Made by a program: the position numbers and the translations under genes. Below are positions 63,355 to 64,000 of a stretch of DNA of 64,000 nucleotides, piece by piece. This DNA is from Alphaproteobacteria bacterium (GTDB taxonomy: Bacteria > Pseudomonadota > Alphaproteobacteria > VGEJ01). The DNA is taken from positions 17,039 to 81,038 of the forward strand of contig CBDDBU010000020.1 in the NCBI GenBank assembly GCA_965226045.1, read 5' to 3'. The notes under the pieces are model-generated. The model searched no databases. It was not told where the DNA came from and worked only from the letters and a program-made list of their open reading frames with translations. Within the stretch, counting starts at the first letter, position 1, and each line of letters opens with the position of its first letter.

Positions 63355-64000
63355 ATGAAGGCCGAGTGTGTCCTCGATTGCAAAGACGAGCTGTGCGAGG
63401 GGCCGATCTGGTCCAAAGAGGACCACAGCCTCTATTGGACCGACATCGGCGCGCGCGCCATCCGCCGGTGGAACCCGGCAACCGGCGAGAAGGTCACCTT
63501 CGACTTGCCGGAAATGGTGACCACGCTATCCGAGCGCGCGAGCGGCGGCTGGATCCTGGCGACCGACAAGGGCGTCGTCTTGTGGGACCCCGACACCGAC
63601 TTGTGGCAGCGCATCCACGAGCCGGAAAAGGACCTGCCCGACAATCGGATGAATGACGGCAGGACCGATCGCCAGGGCCGGTTTTGGGCCGGCTCCATGT
63701 ACAACAACTGGGGCCCGAACGGCGAAAACCGGGAGATCCTGCTGAACCGTGGCAACCTCTACCGCTTCGACCCGGACGGCACCTACAAGAAGTTCGAGAG
63801 CGGCATCAGCTGCTCCAACACCTTGGTGTGGAGCCCCGACGACACGATCTTCTACTTCGCGGACAGCTTCGCCAACACCATCTACGCCTACGACTTCGAC
63901 GCGGCCACCGGCGATATCTCGAACCGTCGCGATTTCTTCGACGCCAGTGCCGACCCGTCCCTGGGGGTGCCGGACGGCTCCGAGATCGACGCTGAGGGCT
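63355..64000 (+). CDS. SMP-30/gluconolactonase family protein, 3'-partial
   Basis: MKAECV...CEGPIW, RMNDGRTD, SNTLVWSPD, PDGSEID. Confidence 0.9.
   Translation, partial: MKAECVLDCKDELCEGPIWSKEDHSLYWTDIGARAIRRWNPATGEKVTFDLPEMVTTLSERASGGWILATDKGVVLWDPDTDLWQRIHEPEKDLPDNRMNDGRTDRQGRFWAGSMYNNWGPNGENREILLNRGNLYRFDPDGTYKKFESGISCSNTLVWSPDDTIFYFADSFANTIYAYDFDAATGDISNRRDFFDASADPSLGVPDGSEIDAEG

Overview
GC-rich alphaproteobacterial chromosome segment; gene content suggests Rhodospirillales, which is an inference. The housekeeping backbone comprises argB-engB-yidC-yidD-rnpA-rpmH, ggt, tRNA-Arg(ACG), an M17 aminopeptidase, ghrA, yejA/yejA2/yejBEF, hisN, a cytochrome c, kdsB, pheA, nudC and ffs-dnaX-ybaB-recR. 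It is interleaved with many mobile elements: IS1595, a nested non-autonomous IS1595-type cassette, IS630, two IS256, IS21, IS1182 and ISKra4-like fragments, and a decayed tRNA-Arg integrative island. About ten genes are disrupted. Three observations stand out. (i) The apparent passenger region of the IS1595 element holds a HARE-HTH-like gene facing a promoter-bearing, strongly structured candidate ncRNA (~375-551). (ii) A 775-bp cassette with perfect 43-bp inverted repeats splits two overlapping genes at once. (iii) At five sites a gene or IS junction carries a short mosaic insertion stitched from segments copied from other DNA. This suggests templated end-joining or template-switching mutagenesis, or else amplification/assembly chimerism. 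All family calls come from motif recognition by eye; no database searches or folding programs were run.
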